Positions 1-15,296 of a stretch of 64,000 bases of DNA are shown one piece after another. The number at the start of each line of letters is the position of its first letter. Within the stretch, counting starts at the first letter, position 1. Where the stretch lies: the NCBI RefSeq assembly GCF_006345805.1, contig NC_043018.1, forward strand, positions 11,098,001-11,162,000, written 5' to 3'. Origin of the DNA: Octopus sinensis. Lineage: Eukaryota. The notes under the pieces are model-generated. The model was given only the letters and a program-made list of their open reading frames with translations. It was not told the DNA's origin and ran no database searches. The position numbers and the translations under genes were made by a program.

Positions 1-139
1 TCTGTTAAAATATGCAAAACTTTTTTCAAGTTCAAAATGTAATATTGCATTGTTATCTACATTCCAAAGATGGAGCTTTGTATCTTTGTTAGAAATCAGC
101 TCCTTCTTCATGTAAATAATTAAAAACAAATGAGAACAT

Positions 140-1135
140 ACATATGTGCGTAAGCATACATACATACATACATACATACATACATACATACATACATACA
201 TGCATACATACATACATACATACATACATACATGCATACATACATACATCATACATACAACATACATACATACATAGACATACATACGTACATGCCTGCA
301 TGCATACAGCATACATACATACATACATACATACATCACACATACATACATACACACATGCATACATACATACATACATACTGCATACATACATACATAC
401 ATACAATACATACATACATACACACATACATACATACATACATACATACATCACACATACAACATACATACATACATACATACATACATACATACATACA
501 TACATACATACATACATACATACATCCATACATACATACATACATGCATAGACGTACATACGTACATGGCTGCATGCATACATACATTCATCATACATAC
601 ATAATACACACATACATACACACATACATACATACATACATACATACATACATACATCATACATACATCATACATACACACCTACATACATACATACATA
701 CATACATGCTATAGAGTACATACGTACATGCCTGCATGCCTACATACATTCATACATACCTAATACACACATACATACATACATCATACATACATACATA
801 CATACATACACACATACATACATCACACATACATACATACATACACACATACATACATACATACATACATACATACATACATACATACATACCACATACA
901 TACATCACACATACATACATACATACACACATACTCATACATACATACATACATACATACATACATACATACATACATACATACAACTAGACCACATACA
1001 TACATACATACATACATACATACATACATACATACATACACACATACATACATACATACATACATACACACATACATACATACATACATACATACATACA
1101 AACACATACACACACACATTCATACATACATACAT
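140..1135. repeat. (TACA)n microsatellite
   Basis: Direct reading. Confidence 0.97.
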
Positions 1136-1393
1136 AAAGATCCAAAAGATGGAGCCTTGTATCTTCGTTGGAAACCGGCTCCCTCCTCAGTGGAAGATTT
1201 ATAATAGTTAAAGAATAGAAGAGACATACAAAAATATCCTGTTGTTGATGTTGAAATTCCAGTGAAGGAGCCTTGGATCTAGGTTCGAAACCGGCTCTTT
1301 CTCTGTTGGAAAGAAATCTTGAAATAAAACTGAACAATGGCGTACATAGACTTGGTGACGCAAACTGTAAAAAGAAAACTCAAAGCATGAGTG

Positions 1394-1413
1394 TACACAC
1401 ACACACACACACA

Positions 1414-1445
<32 letters not shown>

Positions 1446-1611
1446 TACACACACACACACATACACACCACACACATACACATACATACACACACACACA
1501 CACATACACATACATACACACACACACACATACACACACATACACACACACACCACATACACACACATACACTACACACACACACACATACACACACACA
1601 CACATACACAC

Positions 1612-1646
<35 letters not shown>

Positions 1647-2030
1647 TACACACACACACATACACACACACACACACACAACACACATACACACACACAC
1701 ACACATACACACACATACACACACACACCACACACATACACACACATACACACACACATACACACACACATACACACATACACACACACATACACAACAC
1801 ACATACACACACATACACACACACACACATACACACACACATACACACACACACATACACATACACACACACATACACAACACACACACACACACATACA
1901 CACACACACACCACATACACACACACACATACACACACATACACACACACACATACACACACACATACACACATACACACACACATACACATACATACAC
2001 ATACACACACATACACAAGCACATGCGTAT
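1394..2030. repeat. (CA)n/(CATA) microsatellite
   Basis: Direct reading. Confidence 0.97.
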
Positions 2031-2699
2031 ATATACACGAATCTTTCGGCCCTTGAGTCACTGTAACTTCTGCCCATTATTAATATAACGGGTTTGCAAA
2101 ATGGACCGTTTTGAAAATTATTTTGATGATAGTCTGTTCTTTATATTTGTTATTTGTGGTGCTAATTCGAAATAACAAAATGCTCTTTCGCGTTTACTAA
2201 TGTTTATTCACAATTTAATGGTAAAATATACCATAATTTGTTGGTAAATTTACACATGGTAGGATAAATAAATGAATTTGGTATTTTATTTAGGAAAATG
2301 GCAGAGATGTAACTGAAAGGGGAGAAAACAGAATTTATTTGGTGGTTCAGCACCTCAAAATCTCTTCTTTTTCATTTGGAAGCTACGCCTGTAACTCTTT
2401 GATCTGTGAGTACTTGATGGACATTAATGATTCAACATCCAGCAGTAGTCGGCCAGCATATTACCATTCCATCTTCCCTGATATCTTCTTTCCGACTCCC
2501 CTACTTCTTGATGAATTCCTCCTCACTCAAAAAGACCAGGTTTTCCGGTAAGAAACCCAAATGCCCATATAGGAAATGAAGCTTAATACTGATTTTACAT
2601 CTTCAGGCCGCGAACTCTTCCAGCATTCTTGCCATTTTGCTGTTGTAGTTTGAATTCTTGTGATTATCCAAGAAAAAGAAAACACAACACGCCGTTCGA

Positions 2700-3155
2700 G
2701 AACGAAAGTATTTTTAAAAATTAAAAGAATACCAACACGACTGTTATGGCTGCGAGATAACGGTTTACTTAAAATACCCGCCGTCAGCTTCCACCGCGGC
2801 CTCATGACGGTTTCGGAGCCTGGCGCATGCGTTCTTCACTGTGTCTCTGGGAAGGTCTTCGAACACTTCCTTGATCTCGACCACAAACTCGATCTTGCTA
2901 CAACAGTCAGAGCGGTCGTTGTCTTTCTCAGCTGCATCCCACACATAAGTAATCCATGTGATTGCAGTGGGAGGTGGGGGTGGAGTCAGGAGGCCAGAAA
3001 TTGGGGCTGGGGAAGTCGTAGAAATTCTCCGACAACCGCTTCTGACTCTTTCCGGAAGTGTGGCCAGGAGCTGAATTCTGCTGACACGTGTATGACCCTC
3101 CCAGAAGCAGCAGCAACCCTGTCTAGCCAGATTCCGACCACAGTATCTAAGTAGA
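2700..3155 (-). mobile_element. Tc1/mariner (maT/DD37D-like) transposase C-terminal fragment, frameshifted
   Basis: QQNSAPGHTS...FWPPDS...MDY and KNACARLRNRHEAAVEADGGYFK*. Truncated by the RTE insertion. Confidence 0.8.
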
Positions 3156-3159
3156 GACT

Positions 3160-3606
3160 TCAAACTTGAAATCTTCAAAGCCACAGTCGAACCAATTCTA
3201 CTATATGGCTCAGAAACCTGGACGTTATCAAAGAAGCTTGAGAGGCGGTTGGATGGAACCTACACTCGCCTCCTTATGAGAGCTCAAAATCTCTCATGGA
3301 AGCGCCATCCAACCAAAATGCAAATATATGGGAAACTACCACCTGTGTCATCTCTTGTGAAAGGTAGGAGAGTCCAGTTTGCTGGACATTGTTGTAGAGC
3401 TGAAAAAGAGGTAATTTCTACTCTTCTCCTCTGGAAGCCATCTACTCGCAATACCAGAGGGCGCACACTCTCCTACCCTGATGTAATCTCCAGGGATACA
3501 GGCATCCAGCAGCAGGACCTCCGTAATGCCATGATGGACCGTGAAGTCTGGCGTAACATAGTAAATTCCATTGTCTCGACCACGGTCGAACAATGATGAT
3601 GATGAT
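3160..3606 (+). mobile_element. 5'-truncated RTE-clade LINE 3' end with (TGA)n tail
   Basis: TVEPILLYGSETWTL...RRVQFAGHCCR...DREVWR; the tail follows the stop. Confidence 0.88.
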
Positions 3607-4249
3607 TCACGTAGCAACCTGAATTGATCCTAAGGTCGACGTCTCCCAGCTGGAGGCACATCCAAAGACCACCACAGTTTGGGGGAACTTGCTTTCCATA
3701 ATATGAGGGACATCATATGGTTTGTAGGCAAACCTACATTGAGCAGCAGTCATGAGACAAGTAACTCTTTTCCAGTATTAGAGCGGCGAGCTGGTAGAAT
3801 CGTTAGCATGCCGGGAAAAATGCTTAGCGGCATTTCGTTCGACTTTAGGTTCTGGGTTCAAATTCCACCCAGGTCGACTTTGCCCGTCATTTTTTCGGGG
3901 TCGTTAAAATAAATACCGGCCGTATACTGGGGGCGAAGTAATCGAACCCACACCCTAAAAATTACTGGTATTGTGCCAAAATTTGAAACCAATATTCAGA
4001 ATACTTCCAATCCTCCTCCATGTCAACGAACTTTTTCTCAGTTACGACTTTATGGTCTTTATGCTCTCCAACGCTGTTGACTGCTCAACAATACATCAAA
4101 CTGTTCCCAAAGAAAACGGAGACACAAAATATCGTCGGATTTAATCCGAACACCCTCTGCCTTTGTTTGCTAAGGAACGGTTACACATGTAATGAAAGGT
4201 ACCGAAGGAAAAAGTCCATTTTTGTTGTTGTTGACTGTACAGAATATTA

Positions 4250-5735
4250 AGGGACGTGTTTTTCGGATGCTGTTCTGGTGTGTTGTAGAAATGATTTAGT
4301 GTTCGTGTGGTCTGACAGTTCGTTGAGTGTTATTAAAGATAGTGTTGTAGTAGTGTTCTGGGGTGTTATATACCCGCCTCGTCTGATTGTAAGGGATGAG
4401 CTTCTTGGGTGATGCGGTTGTGTTCAGTTGCGTTGTATCAACGACTTAATGTTTATGTCGACTGATCGCGTGTGTTCTTTGGGTGTTGTTGTTGTAGTGT
4501 CCAGCGGTATTATAGGCATAATTGGGAGTTTGTGTGGGCCGAATGTGAAGTAAATGTTCTAAAGGTGTTGTAGTTAGGGATCTAATGCGTTGTAGATATG
4601 ATCTGGACTGGACTGATTGTGACGGATGTGTCCTTAGGATGACACCACAGCAAAGTTCTAGATCAGTGGTTCTCAACCATTTTTCATTTATGGGCCCCTT
4701 TCATTACTACTTTATTCTGGTGCGAATGATTGGGGTTTAGGGTATTCGGAGTTCAATTCCCGGCAACGCGCTGTGTCCTTGAGCAAGACACTTTATTTCA
4801 TGTTGCTCCGGTCCACTCAGCTGGCAAAAATGAGTTGTACCTGTATTTCAAAGGGCTGGTCTTGTCACATTCTGTGTTACACCGAATCTCTTTGAGAACT
4901 ACATTAAGGGTATGCGTGTCTGTGGAGTGCTCAGCCACTTGCATGTTAATTTCACGAGCAGGCTGTTCCGTTGATTGGATCAACTGGAACTCTCATCGTC
5001 GCAACTGACGGAGTACCATTATTCTAGTGGACTTCCATAGCTATCGAAAATTAGTTTTATAAATACATCTTTCAAAATTCCTGGCTTGCTTTTCACATTT
5101 TCACTTGTGTAAGTCTGCGATAAGACCTGGAAGATCATGTTTCGGTGGGCAGAAACACGTTAAACTACGTAAAACGTTGGAGGAAAAAAAAAACCAAGTT
5201 GTTTCTTGCTAAAAATTGGTATAAACCATAATCTTTTCATGGGCCGTTAAAATACTACCGCGGACCTCCAAAGCACCAAATATTCACCCCCAGGGTCGTA
5301 TGGATCTCGATTGAGAACCACTGTTTTAGATACAACTAAACTGAGTGATGGATGTGTTCTTAAGATAGTGCTGTAGTAGTATCTAGGGGTGTTGTAGCTC
5401 TGCCTGGACAGGGTGTCAGGGTGTCAGGGTTGTGTTCTTAAGGATAATGTAGTAGTAGCACTGTGGTATGTTGTGGATGCATCTGGACTGGATGTGAGGT
5501 ACGTGTTCTTAAAAGATAGTGTTCAAGTAGCTGTGTTGTGTTGTGGATTTGTCTGGACTGTCTGTGTGGGTTGTGCTCTTGAAGATAGTTTTGTAGATGT
5601 CTCAGGCTGGGTATGAGGAACGTGTTGTTAAAGGGCCGCATTGAAGAGTTGCATTAAATTGCATTGGAGAGTTGCCTTTACTGAATGCGACGGATGTGTT
5701 CTTTGAACGCTTTTGTAGTAGTGTTGTAGTGTGTT
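4250..5735. repeat. Decayed satellite (motif gacggatgtgttcttaaagatagtgttgtagtag...tctggactgga) interrupted by a hAT MITE
   Basis: Recurring degenerate motif on both sides of 4664-5323. Confidence 0.5.
4664..5323. mobile_element. hAT (Charlie-like) MITE carrying a SINE insertion (~4730-5015)
   Basis: TIR cagtggttctcaa at both ends; 8-bp TSD ttctagat/ttttagat. Confidence 0.85.
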
Positions 5736-5757
5736 ATAGATGAGCCTGTCCGTCTAG

Positions 5758-7172
5758 AGGTGACTGTACGTGTAGGTGACTATACATGTAGGTGACTGTA
5801 CGTGTTGGTGACTGTACGAGTAGGTGACTGTACACGTAGGTGACTGTATGTGTAGGTGACTGTACATGTAGGTGACTGTACATGTAGGTGACTGTACACG
5901 TAGGTGACTGTACATGTAGATGAGTGTACGTGTAGGTGAGTGTACGTGTAGGTGAGTGTACGTGTAGATGAGTGTACGTGTAGATGAGTGTACGTGTAGA
6001 TGAGTGTACGTGTAGGTGAGTGTACGTGTAGGTGAGTGTACGTGTAGGTGAGTGTACGTGTAGATGATGTACGTGTAGATGAGTGTACGTGTAGGTGAGT
6101 GTACGTGTAGGTGAGTGTACGTGTAGGTGAGTGTACGTGTAGGTGTGTACGTGTAGGTGAGTGTACGTGTAGGTGAGTGTACGTGTAGATGAGTGTACGT
6201 GTAGGTGAGTGTACGTGTAGGTGAGTGTACGTGTAGGTGAGTGTACGTGTAGGTGAGTGTACGTGTAGGTGAGTGTACGTGTAGGTGAGTGTACGTGTAG
6301 GTGAGTGTACGTGTAGGTGAGTGTACGTGTAGGTGAGTGTACGTGTAGGTGAGTGTACGTGTAGGTGAGTGTACGTATAGGTGAGTACGTGTAGGTGAGT
6401 GTACGTGTAGGTGAGTGTACGTGTAGGTGAGTGTACGTGTAGGTGAGTGTACGTGTAGGTGAGTGTACGTGTAGGTGAGTGTACGTGTAGGTGAGTGTAC
6501 GTGTAGGTGAGTGTACGTGTAGGTGAGTGTACGTATAGGTGAGTGTACGTGTAGGTGAGTGTACGTGTAGGTGAGTGTACGTGTAGGTGAGTGTACGTGT
6601 AGGTGAGTGTACGTGTAGGTGAGTGTACGTGTAGGTGAGTGTACGTGTAGGTGAGTGTACGTGTAGGTGAGTGTACGTGTAGGTGAGTGTACGTGTAGAT
6701 GAGTGTACGTGTAGATGAGTGTACGTGTAGGTGAGTGTACGTGTAGGTGAGTGTACGTGTAGATGAGTGTACGTGTAGATGAGTGTACGTGTAGGTGAGT
6801 GTACGTGTAGGTGAGTGTACGTGTAGGTGAGTGTACGTGTAGGTGAGTGTACGTGTAGGTGACTGTACATGTAGATGAGTGTACGTGTAGATGAGTGTAC
6901 GTGTAGGTGAGTGTACGTGTAGGTGAGTCTACACGTAGGTGACTGTACATGTAGATGAGTGTACGTGTAGATGAGTGTACGTGTAGATGAGTGTACGTGT
7001 AGCTGAGTGTACGTGTAGGTGACTGTACATGTAGGTGAGTGTACGTGTAGATGAGTGTACGTGTAGGTGAGTGTACGTGTAGGTGAGTGTACACGTAGGT
7101 GACTGTACATGTAGATGAGTGTACGTGTAGGTGAGTGTACGTGTAGGTGAGTGTACACGTAGGTGACTGTAT
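5758..7172. repeat. 16-bp minisatellite (GTGTAGGTGAGTGTAC)n, about 88 copies
   Basis: Direct reading; explains the long repeat ORFs at 5734-7275. Confidence 0.97.
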
Positions 7173-7716
7173 GTGTTGCGACAAGGTTAGTCAATGATGC
7201 AAGTTTTGCTGTCGCAACAAACTGATTCTTTTGTATTTGTTTTTGGTTCATAGTAAATAAAGTAACACAATGCAATTAAGTGCAGCTGTATTGCTAGGTG
7301 TAAGTGCACCGCTGCATCGAAAAGTAGGCATGCTATTGTTATAGACGAGGTGCAGAGATACATACACACGTACACACACACACACACACACAACACACAC
7401 ACACACGTGTGTATAAACACGTACTCGGTGATTTATTCGTACACTTACACACACTTATGATTTCAAACGTGCGCATATTTAGTTCTACTCTTTTTCACAC
7501 GACCTGACAGACATACCCTTATATATAGACTCACCCTTATATACAGACATACCTTTTATATAAACCCACACAGACAGACACACATGTTCTTATACACATA
7601 CAAACTTCAACGCACGCACTTCATTGAACACACATTTATATGCTTTAACACACTCAAACATATGCTTAAACACACATTTTATTAAACATACATATACAGA
7701 CACACACAGACACACA

Positions 7717-7757
<41 letters not shown>

Positions 7758-7872
7758 TTAAGCACACAAGTTCTTAATTACGTACATTTTAAAATACTCA
7801 CCGAAACACGGAAATAGTAACATATATTCTTAAACCCACACATTCTCAAATATACAAATACTTAGACACACA

Positions 7873-8288
7873 CAGGAGTGGCTGTGTGGTAAGTAGCTTG
7901 CTTACCAACCACATGGTTCCGGGTTCAGTCCCACTGCGTGGCATCTTGGGCAAGTGTCTTCTGCTATAGCCTCGGGCCGACAAATGCCTTGTGAGTAGAT
8001 TTGTGTAGACGGAATCTGAAAGAAGCCTGTCGTATATATGTATATATATATATATGTATGTGTGTGTATGTTTGTGTGTCTGTGTTTGTCCCCCTAGCAT
8101 TGCTTGACAACCGATGCTGGTGTGTTTACGTCCCCGTCACTTAGCGGTTCGGCAAAAAGAGACCGATAGAATAAGTACTTGGCTTACAAAGAATAAGTCC
8201 CGGGGTCGATTTGCTCGACAAAAGGCGGTGCTCCAGCATGGCTGCAGTCAAATGACTGAAACAAGTAAAAAGTAAGAGTAAAAAGAGT
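7873..8288 (+). mobile_element. tRNA-derived SINE (major family, with internal TA/TG microsatellite)
   Basis: ggagtggctgtgtggtaagtagc...gggttcagtccc...gactgaaacaagtaaaa. Further copies at ~8625-8858(-), 15520-15676(-), 26133-26520(+), 30590-30740(+), 35198-35503(+), 40515-40665(-), 42843-43228(+), 47211-47620(+), 49015-49250(-) and 56055-56380(+). Confidence 0.9.
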
Positions 8289-9510
8289 ACACACATACAC
8301 ACACACACACACATACACACACAATCACAATCATATACAACCACAACCTTACACTCATACACTATCACTAAAATCTTACCTTCCATGTACACACACACAG
8401 AAACACCTCCCCACACACACCGACTCTGTGTGTACGGGTGTGTGTGTGTGTGTGTGTGTGTGTCTGTCTGTCTGTCTCTGTCGATGTCTCAAACAAACCC
8501 AATCTTACAAAACTCGCATCCACACATTCTTACCTATCCTAAACACTGTCACCTTCACATACACGCAACCACCCTCACACATACACACACACACACACTC
8601 TCTCTCTCTCTGTGTCACACACACCAACATCGGTTGTCAAGCGATAGTGGGGACAAACACAGACACACCCACCCACCCACACACACACATACATAAACAC
8701 ACATGACAGACTTCTTTCAGTTTCCGTCTACCAAATCAATTCACAAGGCTTTGGTCGGTCCGGAGCTATAGTAGAAGACGCTTGCCAAAGGTGTCACGCA
8801 GTGGGACTGAACCCGGAAGCATGTGGTTGGTAAGCAAGCTATTTACCACACAGACACTCCCAAAAGAAAACGCAATTTTGCAAACCACGAGGCTGCAAAG
8901 CGAGGTTCTTGACCGCACAGCCATGCCTGACCTCATTCATATACATTCATTCTTAGACTTATTCATATTCTTATTTCTGTTTACACACACACATACACAA
9001 CACACAGTTTCACTAAGCAAAGTCGACCCCGGCGACATAAGTACTCAGAACGTAAAGACAGTCGAAGTGGCGTTAAACTTTTTGTCCCGTGTCCTTATGG
9101 TTGTGTCGGTTCTCTGCCATACGCCAATTAAATATTACCCTGAAATTTTCGGTAGAGTGGCCCACCTGATGATTGGCTGTTTCTTGCGGCCCACTTCTCA
9201 GAAAAGGTTGCCGATCTTGGCTCTGATCTAGACTCTCTCTTTCTCTCTCGCACACACATTCACACACAAACACATAAATGCACCACACAGTCCCTCTTCC
9301 CCCCCTCTCTCTCTCTCTCTGTTACACGCACACATAACAACACACCACACGAAAAACTCTACACTAAAGTACAACACTTATCACACATGTACACTTCACC
9401 ACATACACAACATTACACACACATATACCATGATATAACACACACGCATACGCATACACACACATGCACACACATGACACCACGAACGCATCGTCACACA
9501 AGCCCCGCTA

Positions 9511-10368
9511 CAGGGTGTTCAGGCTAACCTTAACAATTTTTTATGCCTCATCTTCTTTCCCTTCCAGGGACTGTTTGATGAATTGATGAGCAGTCCAAGG
9601 CTTTGGAGAGCATGGACATTAATGTTATAGTTGAGAAAAAAGTTAGCTGAGATGGAGGAATGGCGGACCGGAAGTTATCTGAATGTTGGAAAAGACTTAC
9701 CTGATTTCTGACGTTTCGCGCCGAGTATCAAAATACTCAATGATCTGTGAACACTGTAATGGCTGTAAGGCACGACATGGACGGCTGCAACGGAGTTTAC
9801 GAAGCTGTGGCCAGCAGGAAGGGACACAGCAGACGCTCTGACTGTGCCCGCATGCCAGAGTTCATACTCAGTCCTTAGGTACAATTCAGACGGCTTTGTG
9901 AAGCTTCTGGAGACTCTGGCCAAACCTTGGCTGAACAAGGTTGCTGTTGGAAGGCCGTGTCTGACAACAGGATTCCGTTTTTGTCATACCTCCGGAGAGA
10001 ATCAAAATGATTGCTGGAGAATTCCTACGACTTCCCCAGCCTCAATTTCTGGCCTCCAAATTCTTCCGATTGCAATCCTAATGAATTACTGTGTGAGCAC
10101 AGTTGACAAAGGCACAATTCTGCTCTGCCTGCAACAGCAAAGCCGAGATGGTGACCAAGGTCACCGAGATGTTCGAAGATCTTCCCGAGATACAGTGAGA
10201 GACATTCCATAGCCGTATTGAGGCCGTGGTGGTCACTCTCAGCAAACTGCTATCTGTCAGTCATAGTCCGGTTGATATTCTTTGATTTTTAAAAAATAAT
10301 TTTGTTTTTGGACGAGACATTTTGTTTACTTTTCCTTTCATGCAGTTAATTTTAGCCTGACACCCCGG
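9511..10368 (+). mobile_element. Internally deleted maT/DD37D-like Tc1/mariner element
   Basis: TA|cagggtgttcaggctaa left TIR, matched by ttagcctgacacccc on the right. Decayed KPWLNKV.GRP, FWPPNSSDCNP transposase. Confidence 0.8.
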
Positions 10369-11379
10369 GACACACACGCACGCACACACACACACACCAC
10401 ACACACACACACACAACACACACCAGGCGTCACACCATTACAAACACACCACCGCACAAGCTAAGCTAACCACACACAAACACCCAGTATGATATACGAC
10501 AAAATATGCACATACACCATACTCTACACACACACACCCACACACTTACATACACACACTACGACACACACATATGCATTGCTCCGTATACTCAGAGTAG
10601 CACAAACCTGCAAAAATATGAAAATAGCGAAGAGAAAAACACCAACACAAACGTCAACATTTTCAGTTTTTTTTTTAAACATTTTCAGTGAATCAACAGA
10701 TATTTTTTTTTAAAATTAATTTTTTATTAATCAATCTTTCATGGTTGGTCTCCAATAAAATTTCAGAAAAATACCGACAGTAGAAAGCCGAATACTTCGT
10801 CTTAGAATCCAGAACTTATAATAATAAATGGAACAATGTTTTTGTTTTCTCCCTGTCTGTCTGTCTGTAGGCTGTCCCGCTAATCGTTATTATTTTTTAA
10901 TAAATTTATTTATTCATTTTTTAATTTTTTTCTTTTTAACATCGTTTTCTGATTTATCAATTGTTCTTTTTAAAGAAGTCTCTGAGCGTGTGTATGAGAG
11001 AGCGTATTTGTCTGTCTGTCTGTATATATATATGTGTGTGTGTGTGTGTGTGCACATGTGGGAATACATGACCACGTATGTGTATATATATATATATATA
11101 TATATGTTAGTATGTGAGTATGTTTGCATGTATATATGTATACATGTATTTGATTCGTTCGGTTGAAGTTTAATAGGATGTTTGCTTTACGAATGTGATA
11201 TTTTTTTTACTTAAAAATAATGAAATTTCGTACCTACACAGTCAAACACAGGCACACATCCAAAAATACACACGCACAAAGGGATAAACATACCCAAATA
11301 CACGTATACACACATACATATAAATGTGCATGTGTGTGTATGGTTTTTGTATATGTATATATATTTTTGTATATATTAT

Positions 11380-11382
11380 ACG

Positions 11383-11436
<54 letters not shown>

Positions 11437-11450
11437 GATATATATATATA

Positions 11451-11494
<44 letters not shown>

Positions 11495-11495
11495 T

Positions 11496-11538
<43 letters not shown>

Positions 11539-11622
11539 CCTCTACAACCGTTTCCTCGGCAGCATGTACCTATCACTCCTCAGTAAATTGTTCGACATAA
11601 TTCAACAAATAAATTATAATTA

Positions 11623-11684
<62 letters not shown>

Positions 11685-12037
11685 GTATATATATGTTTAT
11701 ATATATGCGTGTGTGTGTGTGTATAATACATATACATATATATGCATATGATTTGTGAAGTAGGTATGTATATACATACACATGCATGTATATACATACA
11801 TGCACACAGACACACACACATATAATTTATACGGCGTATGCATGCAGATACATATGAGTGTCCGATTGACTGAAGGGTTGAGAAAGAGGTTCTTGAAGCA
11901 ACGTCAGAAGGCTTCAAACGATTAAATTAAATTACTTATACTCCAATGCATGTATTGAGTACACCATGCCCTTCTTAAAATAACATAGGTTTGCGTGTGT
12001 TGATATATGCATGTACATATATACGTCATGCCTATAA

Positions 12038-12068
<31 letters not shown>

Positions 12069-12110
12069 ATAATATATATATATATGTATATATTTATATA
12101 CATTATAGAC

Positions 12111-12154
<44 letters not shown>

Positions 12155-12200
12155 GTGTATATATGTATGTTTGCATCCACTCACACACACAACGCTCACA

Positions 12201-12262
<62 letters not shown>

Positions 12263-12550
12263 CTATGATAACGGCCAAATTAACTCCAAGGAAAAAAAAC
12301 CCATAATAATTTTCGTATTTTTCCAATCATGTTAACCAAATAAAATAACTCAATTATATTACCTCCATATAAATACATATGCATATACTCATAAAAAAAC
12401 ACACACACAGATGCACATATGCACACTCATATATATATACATGCACACATACATGCATATATACCATATATATATATATATTTATATATATATACACATA
12501 TGAATATACATATATATATATATATATTTATATATATATGGATATGGATA

Positions 12551-12593
<43 letters not shown>

Positions 12594-12615
12594 ATTATTT
12601 TTATTATTATTATTA

Positions 12616-12665
<50 letters not shown>

Positions 12666-12889
12666 ATATATTATTATTATTTATTGTTATCATTATTATA
12701 TTATTATTATTATTATTATTATATCATCCGTCGTCACCTTTATTTTAATTCTATTCCCACCCCGTCTTTCTCTTCCTTCTTTTTCTTTACTTATTCGTAA
12801 TTTCGTTTGTCAACCTATTACGTATACATTCTCCGTTTCTATTCTCACTCCACCTAGTTTATCATCATCATCATCATCATCATCATCCA

Positions 12890-12960
<71 letters not shown>

Positions 12961-13712
12961 TTATCATTCATTATTCATTCTTTCATTCATTCGTTCGTTC
13001 ATGCGCATGCGTGTACGGAAGAAGCAGGAGGTGGTGTGGAGTTGTTGCTGTTGTTCGTGTTGTCGGTGGTAATGGTGGTGTTGGTGTTGGCGTTGGTGCT
13101 GGTGTTAGTGGTATTGTTGTGATGATGTTAGCGATGGCGATGGCGGAAAGTAATTTGATAAACCGTTTTGTTTGCCTGGTTCCATGTTGATTTTTTTTGG
13201 CGCGCATGTGTGTGTATGTGTGTGTATGATTTTTTTTATTATTCTATTTTTTGTTTTGGAAAGTGTGGTGGTGGTGGTGGTGGCGCTGGTGGTGGTCGTG
13301 GAAGGCGTGGTATAACAATGAATAGAAAATAATGATCAGCCGTTTCGTTCTCAAAAAAAAAAATAATAAAGCAATAGCAAAAACCAAAATGGACAGACGG
13401 AATAGTCCTTCTGTCTGCTGTGTATAATGGAATGGAAATTAACTCTGAAATTCCATGAACATGATTCCTTTTAGCATCTGGTTTCTTTGTATGTTCAAAT
13501 ACATGTTTAAATCCATTCCACATTTGCCCACCTCCACAAAAAAAAAAAAATTCAGTCGTATTTTTTATTTGTTTCTTCACAATACTCTTGCACGTTTGTT
13601 TTTCGTTTTTTTTTTATTTGTCTTTGTGGTTTTGTTTTTGTTATAATACCCATTATGCAACTGTCAGCAATCACCATCACCACCGCCATCATCATCATCG
13701 TCATCGTCGTCG

Positions 13713-13754
<42 letters not shown>

Positions 13755-14509
13755 CATCATCATTAACACGTCCTCATCTATCAACACCACCGCCACCACC
13801 ACCGCTAACTAGCATCATCAAAAGCATCGTCATCATAATCATCATCATCATCGCCGCCGTCATCGTCGTCATCCTCCTCCTTCTCCTCCTTCTCAACATC
13901 AACATCAGCATCATCATTATCATCATCATCATTAACAACACCAGGCAGCAGGCAGCAATGGAGTGGGGGGGATCCTCAATGCGATTAATCGGCCACTCGA
14001 CCTGCTAGAAGCATCAGTCAAATCGGTCTCTGTTTTAGTTATGTTTAAGATTAAAAGGAAGGTCATAACAAAGAATAACAATGTGTTGCAAGACGCACGG
14101 TGCAACCCATGGAATGGTCACGGCTAGAATGTCTTAGATCATGAGTGCACATGCGCAGAGCTGACTTTGGACAAAGTAACAGCAACAGCAACATCAACAA
14201 CGGCAGCGTCAATAGCAATAACAAATACAACTGCAGCAGCAGCAGTAGCAGCAACAACAACAACAGCAGCAAACTAGTAATGAAAAAGCTCGAAGAATAT
14301 TGTTGTTGTTGTGGTTATGTAAAATTATAAAACTTTACTATTCTAATTTGTTTTTGACAATAATTTACGAGATTAATTTGGGAGACGAAACGGATAACAG
14401 TAATCTTTAAAAAAAATATACACTACTAAACGAATGATATATATATATAATCTATATATATATAGGTATATATAATATATATATATATATATAGTGTTGT
14501 ATGTATATG

Positions 14510-14571
<62 letters not shown>

Positions 14572-14620
14572 TCACACACACACACATATATATACATTCA
14601 TATAGGTACATATACATATA
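11380..14620. repeat. Cluster of simple repeats: (TA)n, (CA)n, (ATT)n ~12550-12960, (GGT)n, (CAT)n ~13670-13930, (CAA/CAG)n
   Basis: Direct reading. Confidence 0.9.
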
Positions 14621-15296
14621 TACATATATCTGTAAGAATATACATTTACCTATGTATTCTTATACACATGTACACACATATCTATATACTAACATGAAGT
14701 CCATAAAAAGATACGCACACACATATATGTATATATACATACACACATACATACACGCACACACACATATGTAAATTGATAGATACATGAAGCGAAAATG
14801 AGCTGAAATAAGGTAAAAGAAATAAGCCAGTGGCCGATGGCATGTATTTGAACAATGAAGGAAAATGAGAGATAAGAGTATAGTAAATAATATATAGTAA
14901 ATAATATGCACGATAAATTCTTGATTTAAAGAATTATCTCCCCTTCCAGAGAAAGCAGAACGTTCACTTGCAGGCAGTTTAGTAAGAACTCTAAATGAGA
15001 AGGGGAGACAATTAGTTAGAACCAAGACTTCTGCAAAATCGACATACCATTATGGAAAACGATTGTTGCCTGAAGATAAGAGGACAACTTTACACGTGTT
15101 TCTGCCTGTACAGGCGTCATCAGCACAGCACTTATCCTACGTTATCTTAAGCAGACGAAACAAGTGTAAGCAAGAGAAAAATAAAAAGCAAACAGAAAAA
15201 AAAACAAACCAAAACAAAACAAAAATAGCAAAAACTAAAACGAAATATTGATCACATTTATGTGTGAGGATAATTTTCATAAATGAAATGGAAAAG

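Noticed and set aside
61-1310. Three short related motifs (64-110, 1142-1190, 1262-1300) with stem + GAAAC resembling hammerheads; similar motif at 15440-15480
   Set aside because: The CUGANGA core is missing or misplaced. These are probably degenerate retroelement ends, and I cannot support a ribozyme call.
89-2088. Long ORFs of MYVC/HTYI/CV repeats
   Set aside because: These are translations of (TACA)n and (CA)n microsatellites.
5758-7172. CRISPR-like array
   Set aside because: There are no unique spacers and the context is eukaryotic.
5734-7275. 513-aa and 476-aa ORFs
   Set aside because: Stop-free frames of a 16-bp minisatellite (48-nt/16-aa periodicity); no non-repeat coding flank.
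12379-14330. Poly-L/I/H/M/N ORFs
   Set aside because: Trinucleotide microsatellite translations with no splice-consistent exon chain.
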